Positions 51,950 through 64,000 of a stretch of DNA of 64,000 nucleotides are shown one piece after another. A program made the position numbers and the translations under genes. The DNA is from Octopus bimaculoides (taxonomy: Eukaryota): NCBI RefSeq assembly GCF_001194135.2, contig NC_068987.1:94081712-94145711 (forward strand). Direction: 5' to 3'. Below the pieces are notes generated by a model. It had not been told where the DNA came from. It saw only the letters and a program-made list of their open reading frames with translations, and searched no databases. The first letter of the stretch is position 1. Each line of letters opens with the position of its first letter.

Positions 51950-52440
51950 GTTGAATTATTCAAACCCCAAAGAATTCCTTTCAACACATGGTTATGATGC
52001 TCCTGCCCTGCATCTGCTTGTGATCGTAGATGCACATATCGTCAGCCACTTGGGACATGCTCAAATTGTTAAGGTCAAACACCTGACATGCAAATCTGGT
52101 ATTGAGCAGAATATAAGATGGGCTACAGTAAATATTCTGTTTGGCTAATTCACCTTGGGAAACATGTGTGCCTTGTTCAACATCCTTAAACATCACTTAT
52201 TCATTCAGGGACCTTTTGAGCGGGATGGGCTACTCCACCTGAAGAAAATTCTTACTGGGCCCCCACCTGCAAGGTCATGCGCTGTTTATCTTGTCATCAG
52301 ATCACCATGTCACGCACTCATGGTTTTGACCCATGTGCCTGATGTACCTTTATCAGACGGGTAGTCATGATGGATATAATGGGCTTCGTATATTGTATCC
52401 CAGTGTCAATTTGATAGCATGCACTGTCCTCTCACTCAAT
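51950..52440 (+). mobile_element. Rearranged copy of the 50770 repeat with a 5' inversion
   Basis: 51950-52114 is the reverse complement of ~50860-51010; 52115 onward is forward. Confidence 0.75.
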
Positions 52441-52685
52441 TATGATAAAATAATGACTAAAGGTGATTTGTTCAACTAAACCTTTCAGGGCTCCAGCATG
52501 GCCGTAGTAAATTTGTAAGAATATATCTCCTCAGCTTCTCCTGATGGCATCTCAGCGTAGACGTCTTCACGTGCGGCGCGGCAGCATGGCGGCACTATTT
52601 GGGTTTGAATATTTACAGGCCTGGGCACAACCGAGTTTCTCCTGATAAAAATCATGCATAAGTGAGAGAGAGCGAGAGAGAGAGG

Positions 52686-52771
<86 letters not shown>

Positions 52772-52773
52772 AA

Positions 52774-52804
<31 letters not shown>

Positions 52805-52955
52805 AAGAAGAAGAAGAAGAAGAAGAAACAAGTAAATTACATCAAGGATGAAAGGCTCTCAGGATTTGAACTCCAGGCGCACATTTGGAACTCAGACCAC
52901 AAACAATTTTATCCGTTTCTTTAATAATTTTGCCAACCAACCGCCGTATATGTAT

Positions 52956-52988
<33 letters not shown>

Positions 52989-53041
52989 CACAGTCACATT
53001 ACATACATATGATTGTGTGTGTGTGTGCGTGTGTGTGTGCG

Positions 53042-53096
<55 letters not shown>

Positions 53097-53403
53097 GTAC
53101 TTGTATGGATGTTTAGATATACATGTGTCTAAAACTATGTATATTAACATTTAAGATTGAAAAATTTTGTAATTTTATAATGTATTTATAAATCTAAACA
53201 CATATTGGCGCGTGTGTGCCTGCATGTGTGTCTGTGTGTCTATGTGAGTCTATGTGTAAGTCTTTATGTGTGTATGCATGTGTGTGTGTTTGTGCGTGAG
53301 TGAGTGTCTTTGTGATTAAATGAAATTCAGAAGTGAGAGAAATTAATATAAAAAGCGAGTTTTAGCAATAAAAATCACACAGACGCGCGCACACACACTC
53401 ACC

Positions 53404-53445
<42 letters not shown>

Positions 53446-54061
53446 CTCTCTCTCTCTCTCTCTTTCACACGCACAAATGGTCATACGTACTTATACATTC
53501 GCAGTCACACATTCGCACACATTCATATGTACACACATACATCTCACTCTCACGCACACACAATCATACAAGCACACACTAACACTAACGCAATCACATG
53601 ATATGAAACCACACTTCATTTTCTCTAATTAATTTATTAATGAAATTGATTTTATTAATTTGTCTTCCGTTATGGAAAAACAACACGTCATAAATTAAAA
53701 CCAAAAGTTGTTGCAAAAACCTATATAAAATAACACAAACACACACACACGACTACACACACAAATATACACGCTCATGTACACTCACGCGCACACACAC
53801 ACACATAATGTACTTCTAACCACCAAGTGTTGCAAATGTGATCACCATCAACATCAGCATCATCATCATCGCTAGAAATAAGAGCACACAGCACAATCCT
53901 CAGAAACGGTCTCTCCACAGCCTCCACCATTGCTGCTATCCCTAACAGTTCTTCAATGACAACACAGAAACATGAACCTATTCCGCCATGACTGACATCT
54001 GCAACACCGTCACCTCTCCAAGCAAATGTCATACAACTACCATCAGTCATAAACGTCATCA

Positions 54062-54385
54062 CTTCAACAAGTAATAATGGTTCCAAAAGTTGGCACGAGG
54101 CCAGCAATTTGGGAAAGGTGGGTGGGGGGGAGGCTAAGTCGATTTCATCGACCCCAGTGATCCACTGCTACTAAATTCATTGATCCCCAAAGGATGAAAG
54201 GCAAAGTCGACATCGGCGGAATTTGAACTCAAAATGTAGCGGTAGGCGATGTACTGCGAAGCACTTCGTCCAGCGTGCTAGCGATTCTACCAACTTACCG
54301 CCTTCATAATAATAATAATAATAATAATGGTTTCAAATTTTGGCACCAAAGCCAATTCGACATCTTCCTTCAACAAGTAATAATG
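54062..54385 (-). mobile_element. SINE insertion flanked by an 18-bp direct repeat
   Basis: cttcaacaagtaataatg at 54062-54079 and 54368-54385; Nin-like domain and reverse B-box (gaatttgaactc) inside. Confidence 0.8.
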
Positions 54386-55166
54386 ACATTTGTTTAACCA
54401 ATCATATCGCCTTCAGGAAATTCAAGAGATACTTGACAACTATTTCTATCCAACATGATAGAAATAGCTGTCAAATACTCCTTACATTGTGATCTAATGA
54501 GTTGTATAATTGGCAGGACACTTTATATTACAGTATATCACATACTTTTAAAACTGGATGATCATGGATGGGCTGTCTTTGATCATAGATCTGCATTATC
54601 CTGTCTGACAACAACAACAACAACGTCATCGTCTTTCTGCATTCACCAAATCTTCCTCAAACGAACAGTAACAACACCACAAATAACAAAAATGTGACAA
54701 CAATCATGTGACCATCACCATAAACAATATCACCACCAAAACTCGTTGACAACGTGTCCTGTATGACATCAAAACTGTCAGATACTGCCTGATAAATTCT
54801 GGGAGACATTAGATGAAGGTTCTTTACGAAAAGTTGCAATGATTATTTGGGCAATGGCAGCGTAGCGATGCTTTGGATCTGGAATGGATATCAAAACCTA
54901 TAAGGTATGTTTTAAAATATATCCAAACAAGGTGATGATTTGCACGTCTAACCGAGCACCAAGACAAGACATTAATCAGGCCTGATGCAACTCTGGGTAA
55001 GTCATTATGCTGAAGCACGTCAGTCGCGGATGCTACCTAAAACTGCTTACCACAATTAGTCATTAGTCATGAATCATTAGACATAAGGTTCCTGCATGAT
55101 AATATTACACTGACACAAGCTGTGTCCCCATTATTAGCAAAACGTCACACAATAATACATACATAT

Positions 55167-55221
<55 letters not shown>

Positions 55222-55829
55222 CAGAGAGAGAGAGAGTGAGGCGGCTCGATCACCACCACCACCACCACTACTACTAAAACTCCCCCACCTTTCTATCTAC
55301 ACCACACTTATTTTCTCTTCATCGCCTTCTTTGGAGGTTTGATTAGTTTTTATTAAATGAAAACGCAGGCATATACACTTGCCCTGTTAACGCCATCTTT
55401 CTCTCGTCCATCAGTCAATCAAATGTCGCACAGACAAAAGTGAAATAAAAGAGATCGTTACTGGATGCAGGTCTTACTTCCAAAAAGTTAACCGTTGAAT
55501 TATTTATCAGCAAAATTTAAAACATCTCCCGAAGGACAAACTGAAAGCAAAACAAACCTGAACGCGAAACTGATCGCCATCGACATCTCCAGTGCACAAA
55601 GAAATCACAGCAGAAAGTAAACAAGACATCATTCGAAGCAAGCTATGAGGAAAGACCCTCATCAGTGGCACCCGGGATGGATTTGATATTGGAATATGAA
55701 TACAAAGAAATGTAGAAAACAGAAAAATATGCACAGACAAATATATTTCCAATCGATAATGCACAGCAATCTTTTCCAGTTGGCATATTTAACACAGGAA
55801 TCATAACGGTGAAATATCGATGAGAGGTT

Positions 55830-57760
55830 AAAGCATCAAGAAGCAAGCCATATTTTGGTTAACCTTGTCGAATCTTGGGAAAATGTGGAGTCAATGCACC
55901 AACTTTGACAACAGGAAAATGGTAAAAATTATATGACAGAATTCCTGGGTATCAACTTAGTATGTAGCAGAAATTGAATTGTGTGTCATGGAAGCACTTT
56001 GAATAAAGGAATCATTTCTACAGATTGATGCTTGGGACATTTTAGGCATAAACAAACCGTAAGACAGGAGTCTAAGTGAATTAATATTTTACTTAATCAA
56101 ATTGACATTATTTAATTTTTGGATGAAAGAACCTTAGTACATTCCAAAGTGCCTCTCAATTGATTGGTAACGTCGACAATAGTCACTTCTGCGAGGTGGT
56201 TTGAACTTTTGCCTCAACGCAATCCAGTTCTTCAAACACATGAGAGGAACGTCAAAGAAAGCAAGGAGAAGGAGAAAGGTTGCGAGTATATTGTTCCTTA
56301 ACTAAGTCAAAAAATAAATACATTTCTCTTTTCTCCGTCTTGCTTTAAAAACTCATACTCACCGAATGATCAAGAATAAAAAAGCTATTTAATGATGCAA
56401 CACATAATTCTGCATCAGGTGTCGAACAGGCAACATGTATCATACATTACATTCAAAGTATAGATTATGAGTTTAAGATTCAGAAGAGATTTTTATCCTT
56501 TGATGACTGTTGTGAGAAACACGTTCTGAGATTGTAAACTTGATAAAGGAAACATTGAGCTAAAAATGCAATCTCTTCAAAGATTTCACGGGTCAAAGAT
56601 ACGACAATGATGTCAGTATAGCAGCTTTATACAAAGAAATATAAAGTGTATAGTGAAGTATCAGAGGTAAAAGAATCAGAAAGGATATTATCTAGTCAAA
56701 ATTCTTTGGTCATTTTTTGTTCATATGTGGATTCCATACACAGAATTTGTATGGTAAGGATTCTGAAGAATGCTTTATTGCTCAGTTTTTCAGAACGATG
56801 GCAAATTCTTCCGACCACTCTCGGGGTGTCAATTCTTGCAACGATCCCATGGTAAGTCAGCGGTTTGTTGCAATATAATCGAACTTGTAAAATCCTTTAC
56901 ATCGCATTTCAATGACCTGAAATATAATCTTGTAAGTTAATCTGACGCCAGACATCAAAATTAATCTAAAGAAGAGCTTTCAGTTATATAATCATGTCCT
57001 ACCTTTGTTTCAACACCCTTCCTCCTATTGGCATCTGCAATATCGTATAAAGGACGCCACAGGTTGACACTGAAGGGGAAAACATTAACAAAGCCCCACT
57101 GAGTCCCTGCAGAAACTATCAGATCCATTTGGTACAGAATCAAAACATGTCACGATGTCAGCAAATTGAAATTAAGATAAACAACTGAAAGAACGTGAGA
57201 GAATTTTTTTCATGCGAACCATTCAAGTGATGAAAGCCAGTCATCCGGATCCATATGTAGGATTCATTATTTTGATTTTTATGTCCTTGTCAATTCTTTA
57301 AGTGGAAGGCTAACAAGATTGGAAGCTGAAAAGAAAATTTCCTTCGCGTTTTCATTCTTCTGGCAATAGTTGTTTCTGCCTCAATAAATCGTTTGACCAG
57401 AAACGAAGCGATTCAAATATAAAGAACTTTCAGAGTAATTAATTGACATAAAAACTATGACACTGTGGGAAATAAAAGAAAATAAGAATTAAATATATGG
57501 ATTTACATTACAAAATACACAACGCCATGTTGTACTACATTTGTAATCATCACTCCGGATTTTCTCACCAACTTTGCAAAGCCAGGCACAGCATGGTATT
57601 CAGAGAGTGAGCTTAAACTGATAAAGAGTTATCTAAAAACAAATACGTCTGATAATTTGTCTGAGGGCCTTAGCTGCTCTACTCAACATTGAATAGGAAT
57701 TCCGTTGAAATATCAACATTAGATCATCATATAAAACTTTGTACACAAGAAACCACTCAA
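55830..57760 (+). mobile_element. Decayed hAT transposase (Tip100/ZMYM1-like)
   Basis: ELLPQRNPVLQTH, DAT..EQATCII..KRFLSFDDC, GQRYDN, HTQNLYG, FYVLVNSL and ELKLIKSYLKT (C-terminal dimerisation motif) in the expected order; many stops; TIRs not found. Confidence 0.85.
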
Positions 57761-59396
57761 AGTCTTCTGAAGAAGTGAAACCATAAGACATTCTGGGATT
57801 TTTTATAGTAAAGAATTAATGAAAATGATGTCGTTGTTCTTGGTTTTATTAAGTGATGGGTGGAGCTGTAAAATAGCCGCATACTTCATGGAAGAAATAT
57901 TTCTTTCGGTAGCCGTGAGTACGATCACAGATGATTGATTGCCAAGAAAAGGGAAGATAAAAACATTACAAAATGTAAGGAAGATTGTTAAAAATAGGAA
58001 AAACAACCAGTAAGAGAGTTGTTATTTTTGTTTTACCCCCAGGTCAAAACAAAAATGGAAGGGATACGTGATTAATTACATTCCATCTGTCACCATCAGG
58101 TATATCCCCCCACCCCAACCTCACCAACCAGAGTGCACTCAGGTGACATTATCCAATATAGCATTATTTTGCACAATGACTGACAGAGTATGATTTGAGA
58201 GATATTTAGCTATTACAACTAGTAAGTGGAACGCCCCTGTAGAAGCTCCAGTTGATAAGTGCTATGTTTGTTGTAATGTTGTCAAATCTGACTGTTTTAA
58301 ATAAGTAAAAAAAAAAAGGGTAACACTGCAATGTCAACAGAGATTTAAAGTAGATGGGCGACTATAAAAGAGAAAGAGAAAACTGTAATCGAAAAAATGT
58401 CTGTTGTAAGAGCCTATAGAATTTGTTTTCAAACAGACTGAGCAATTGAGGCAAAGTTACAAGATATAAGGGCGAAATATGTTAAATCATGGATCTGGAA
58501 AAACATGGCAGAAAAATTTAAACCAGCACTTCACAATCTTTTCTTTAACTAACACGTTTCATCGCCACCGTTATACGATTCAACGCTCTCCTTTCATTTC
58601 ATAGTGAACATATACCTATTATAAGGCCAATATAATTTAGTTGCTGGACTACGTTTGACGTGAAGGACTAATTACAATATAAACAACCTTTATCTATAAA
58701 CCCGTTGTGGCCAGATGGAATTTGTCTTATGACTCTTATAGCTTGCGTCAAACTTATACATATGCGTGCGTGTTCACACACAAGAATGTTACAGAATGCT
58801 TCGGGTGCAGCGGTCGTCTTTATTGTATGTAAAGAAATACCAACAAATACTGACAATGACTTTGAAATTACAATTTAGTTTATTGTTTACATGTTGACCT
58901 GCATCGCTGATATATATTTATCGCGATGTATAATTCTTGTTGATGCCGTTGCTTTAATTGTAATGTGCCGTAATATTATATTTCATATTTTGTTTCAAGT
59001 CAATGACCAAAAGAGTTGTACGGACACACCAGTATCTCCTCGTTACCGACCTCTCCGTCTAATTCCCATGTAAATCCGTTCTAAGCAAAAAAGAAGCATA
59101 ACATATTTGAATATACGTCAATAAATGAAATAGGGAAAGAAATTTGGGAAATGTAACTGGATGTTATCGTTGTTTTCGTTGGAGGAACTGAGACAAGACA
59201 AACACAGAGAGAGAAAACAAAAAACAAAAAAAAACAAAAAAAACATTGGAAGTGACACCCAGCAACAGACTTACAGAAGAAAAAAAGCACTGCCAGTCTC
59301 TATTCTACAAGAATTCCTTTTAAAGTTCTTGAAAGCTGAGAATTTTCTCACTAAATCTCATGACATTACATCATTGAAATGATCCGGGTGGAACTT

Positions 59397-59458
<62 letters not shown>

Positions 59459-59599
59459 ATACTACTACTAATACTGCTGCTGCTGCTGCTACTACTACTA
59501 CTACTACTACTAATGCTGCTGCTACCGCTGCTACTACTACTACTACTACTACTACAAATAATAATAATAATAATAATGATGATAATAATAATAATAATA

Positions 59600-61990
59600 A
59601 CAACAACAACAATTGCAACAATGGTTCCTTTATTACCCGTGCAGGCGCACACAAGAAAAACGAGGCCATTACAAGGACAAGGTTACAGAAAACAAGGGCG
59701 GGGCTGTCTAGAAACAAAATGTACATATGGAAACAAAATTTCAAACATCATTTTTGCCGATCCAATTAAGGTCAGTTTCCTCTCGACCCATTTATGGCTA
59801 AGGCTGACCACCCTGCTCGTCATTCCAGTCAAGTACTCGTCCAGATCAAACCCCGAGATATTTAACCGGTCTGTACAGAGCTCCACGCGACACAGTTAAA
59901 TGACATGGATCTTCCTCGCCGGCTGCTCATTTGCAGGCCCACCAACTGTTCCTGATTGATATTGAGTTGTGTCACTGCTTTGTACTCTTTAGAGCGGTGC
60001 TAATCACTTCGATGTGATTGGTGTTTTACAGTATAAAAGTGAGATATGTTGAGACAAAACTTCAGCATTTAGTTGGCGCAGGATGCACCTCAATATCTCA
60101 AGTTATGGCAGAAGTTTCAAAAGTCAGTTAATAATACAGTAGAGGCCGCCTTGACGGAATGAAAGCATGATACAGAGTAATTCCGATAGGAGAACATTTA
60201 CTCTAATCACTACAATGTCACTGTAGGTTGTCATGGTCCAGCTGTCAAGACTTGACCGAAACCCGTCCCGATGTGAGAACTGCCACCAAGTATTAATGAT
60301 CAACACGATCGAAAACTTTTAATTGGACGAATACTTCGACCAATCAAAATTTAATCAGAATTTCACCAATGCTAATGTCTCTGCTGCATCTTCTTTATGA
60401 TGTATCGCATAACGTGGAGTTTGTTGGAGATAGAAATCTCTTCGAGATGGCGCATCCGGAGCAGAAAATATGCGATAAACACCAACCACTTTGCTAACAT
60501 CTTGAATTCTGTCTCCAGCAAAATTATGGGCAGAAAATAATTAATTTGAACCCTGTGATCGAGTCAGTCCTTTCTCAGCAGCAGCTCACGCCTCCGCACC
60601 CATAAATTAGAATTCTTTCGTTCTGCTTTCACACATGGTAGACATCAGCCAAGCCTTCACTCAATAAATTTGGTATATAATTGTAGATCCCGTAGGGTAG
60701 ATTATCCAAACCAAGTTATTTGTCCTTCGTTCAGCTTAGCAATGGCTTCACGTATTTCAGTGTCTCTTATCGGCTTTCAGCAGCACTCCATCGAGACACT
60801 GTCGAGATTTGACATTAGGCCATTGAGGAAGGCACTCAGGCACTGAAATCCCTTCAGTGATACAGCCTATCATTTGTCCCGAACACCCGAACGAGGTGCC
60901 ACTGACAACCCTACACATCGGCTTGTGCACGTAGCATGTGGTTATTGTGCGCCGCCAAAGTCTGGACTGTGTCTATGTTACCATGTAGTGCTTCCACTGC
61001 CCGGAACCATCGAACGGCTTTCGTTACTGCGTGTTTTAGAGCAGGCGCCTTAGCTCTGATGAACCAAACATCGTGCATTGCGTGGAGAAAATGGCCTTCA
61101 GCAAATCATGCTGCGTCCACGCCAATCGCCATGTCTTTCCTAAGCGGCTCTTGTTATTTCTTAAATATGTTTCCTTCGAGTCTACTTTTTTTCTACCGCT
61201 AATTATTTTTTGATTCTCCTCTAATCACTCCTTTCAAAGTGAACCACCATTTTTTTGTTGATGACTGCCTCCGTCAATACCCACTTAATTAATTCGCTAA
61301 ACTGGGTCTCTGGAAGTCTGGCGCACAGGGAAGTTGTGTTCATCTTCTAGCAGTAACGTCTGGAAGCCTTTCTAGTTCGTCGGTATGAATCACAGCCAAC
61401 GATTTGAAATTGTGGTTAACCTTTGCTACTCTCGTCTATTGGCCTACAGAATACACTATTTTGATATGATCTGCATAACCCGTTGCACTTGAGGAAGCGC
61501 AGGCTTCCGTCTTTGAGTGCGTTCTCACGAGTAAGTCGTTGTAAAACCTTTTGTTTTTATTTTTCGTACCCTCATCCTCAGTACTTGATTGCTTCTTTAT
61601 TTCATCAACCGCAATCTAATGTAAACTGATACTGATTTTGATGGAATCTGCCGTGAAAACGTAAAGAGCAGTGACATTGTTTTTGAACGTTTTGTCTTAA
61701 TCGAGACAGAATACGTCTTCAGACACGGCACTATTGGGATTTTCAAACATCGGAGGTTATGACGGCAATATCTACGGTAAATAATGAAATAAATTGTTGA
61801 TATAAACATACTCCGGAAAAGACAAAACAAAAGCACAAGACAGATAGTACAGCTCTTATATGGAACAAGCTGTTCAGAAAGACCGACCCCAGATTCTCAC
61901 TGAGAACATCGGCGTTTCTCTGGCCCTTTATAGAAGAGAAAATTGAGAAGTATAAACGCCTGACAACGTTCCAAATATCAAGCGTGTGCA
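59600..61990 (-). mobile_element. Decayed Tx1-like LINE ORF2 (linker to RT thumb; upstream part less certain)
   Basis: EIREAIAKL, FLPIILLETEFKMLAK, KVFDRVDH, SFRQGG, NINQEQLVGL, RPVKYLGV and WVERKLTLIG in the expected order. Confidence 0.85.
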
Positions 61991-62574
61991 CTAGCTTAGA
62001 TGTGTGTGGTCTTCCGATCCTGCTTGATAATCACTTTAACTGACCTCGCAATATCACCTTGCTTACTTCCCTTGCCTTTCACTCTCCTTTCAACATCTCA
62101 TACACTCACCAAACATTTTTACAACTTTTTTTGTTTTGTTTTTATTGCTGTGGTGGAGGTGATGATGGTTATGGTGGTGTTGGTAGTGTTGGTGGTGGTA
62201 GATATTGCTGTTGTTGTTACAGCTAGAGCTGCTGTCATTGTTGTTGTTGTACACATTGTTAAAAATGTTTTTGTTTATTAATTACTTGTAATCCAGGTGG
62301 AACCAAAGTAATAAACCAATATTTGTCACTAGACATTTGTGCGTTCGATTCTCTAAGAAACTACAGCTTTTTTATTTTTTTTTATCTTTTAGCATAAATT
62401 CTGAATCGGTAAATTTCTGGCGAATCACTTATGAAGATTCCATCCGAAATGTAGTACGGAATGCCAGGTTAATCACCGATGTTCTTTACGGATGTTTTCT
62501 GGAAGGTGAATTCAGATTATAAAACATACACGAAAGATTAAATTTCAAAATGACTGTTTAAACAAGGCAGAAGC

Positions 62575-62890
62575 CATATGTAGCCAGAGATAGTAGATAC
62601 GTATATACATAAATACATACGTACATACACATACACACACATATACACAGATACATGCATACACATAGATATATATACATACATAAATACATGCACATAC
62701 ATATACACACATATATACATACACATACATATATACATAAATACATACATACACACAAACACACATACACACATGCATACATACAAGCATACATACATAC
62801 GCACACATCCATACATACACACACATATATACCTACATACATACCTACATACATACATACATACATACATACATACATACATACATTCAT
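62575..62890. repeat. (TACA)n/(CA)n compound microsatellite
   Basis: Read directly. Confidence 0.95.
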
Positions 62891-62899
62891 GTATATTTT

Positions 62900-63900
62900 T
62901 GTTTTTTTGCTTTTGAAGGTGACAAGATTGGCAAGACTTTATTTCGAAGATGTTTCCAGACCATAATTTCTGGAGTCAGTTGAAATGTGGCTTCAAATGC
63001 CTCGTTTGCCCTCGGATAATGATAAAGCGCAGCATTTGAGGGAAAATGAAATGTGATAAGGTTTCCATAAGCGTGAGACATCTGAGAAAAGACGGCAAGC
63101 AGCTCACTAGTTTAAAGTGGAGAGAATGTGGATGAAGAGCGGACTCTTATGCGCCACAGAGGTAACCATGTATGGCTCAGAATGACCTCCATCAGTAGAT
63201 TCATTGACAGTACAATCTAAAAGGTGTGCTCTGATTTCTAAGAAGCAAGAAACGGAGGGAGTCCATAGATGTGTGGTTTTCTGAGAAGGTCCACGTACCA
63301 AAAACACTCGAGTACTTGCAGATCTCGAGGGGAAAAAAAAGAAATGCTTATTTCATCAAACTTCTCGAGTGCTGATGCTGAGTGATGAGTGATAGAAGCA
63401 TGGAGCAGATCTGGTTTTACGTGATTTAAATTGGTTGTCAATTAAGGATGAGGGAAGACGAACGTTTTGTATAAGTTTCTTAATTTATTTCTTTATCACC
63501 TTTAAAATATTGAGAATACGAAGGGACAATAACTGACAGAGCTAGAGGAGTTGTCTTCCTTGAAAATGAGACACACTGCAGCATATTTCCAAAGATTGAG
63601 TGAAATAAAGGGAGAGTGAGGAGTAGAATAAAGAGCTTGTCGAGGAAGGGGCCATTTCTGGGAAGTAGTTTTGGAGCTGCTCTCAAAAGGATATTGACAG
63701 AACCGGAAGGCTCTATTGATTAGAAGTGACCAATAACTTGTATAGGTTGTTGGTAACACAATAAAGTGATGGTCAGACAATTGGAAAGATGCATTGGCGA
63801 ATTTAGTGGAAGCTGGATACGACGGTGAAAAAGAAATCAGGGTGTTTCGAATCCCTATGTGTCCCACAGGAAACAAAATAAGTAGATAGAAGTTGAGTAT
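62900..63900 (-). mobile_element. Decayed CR1/L2-group LINE (end of APE and RT)
   Basis: LSDHHFIV, WKYAAVCLIFKEDNSS..SYCP, LIDNQFKSRK, SALEKFDEIS..DLQVLECFWYVDLLRKPHIYGL (decayed DISKAFDRVWH-LL-KL). Confidence 0.75.
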
Positions 63901-63969
63901 TGCAAAAGATTGGAATATTCTATTAATTGCATCAGTAGAGAATAAAATGGCGAAGAGTATATATGTTTA

Positions 63970-64000
<31 letters not shown>

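Noticed and set aside
57762-57789. gtctt-CTGAAGA-agt-GAAAC-cat-aagac, hammerhead-like spacing
   Set aside because: No stem II and no NUH cleavage triplet; probably coincidence at the hAT end.

Overview
AT-rich, repeat-saturated eukaryotic genomic DNA with 11 N-gaps. Its microsatellite load and SINE/LINE families look like an octopus (coleoid cephalopod) draft scaffold; the taxon is my inference. I find no intact protein-coding gene, tRNA, rRNA or CRISPR array. Most of the ORF track is microsatellite or N-gap artefact, so the window is probably intergenic or inside a very large intron, with a few weak exon candidates. It holds decayed mobile elements: Tx1/L1-like, RTE, CR1/L2-like and RLE-type (R4/Dong/NeSL-like) LINEs, a hAT transposase relic, a Tc1-like fragment, a MITE, a 1010-bp solo LTR nested in a SINE, and many SINEs. 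The best signal is RNA structure. There is an intact type I hammerhead ribozyme at 5251-5349 (-) with a palindromic stem III, and three minimal hammerhead-like relics (7.6, 19.1, 22.4 kb), two sharing a non-canonical CUGUNGA core. All are typical of Penelope-like element repeats. RLE LINE fragments also sit in specific microsatellites, (AAT)n and (TACA)n. All element calls come from manual translation and recalled family motifs; no database search was run.
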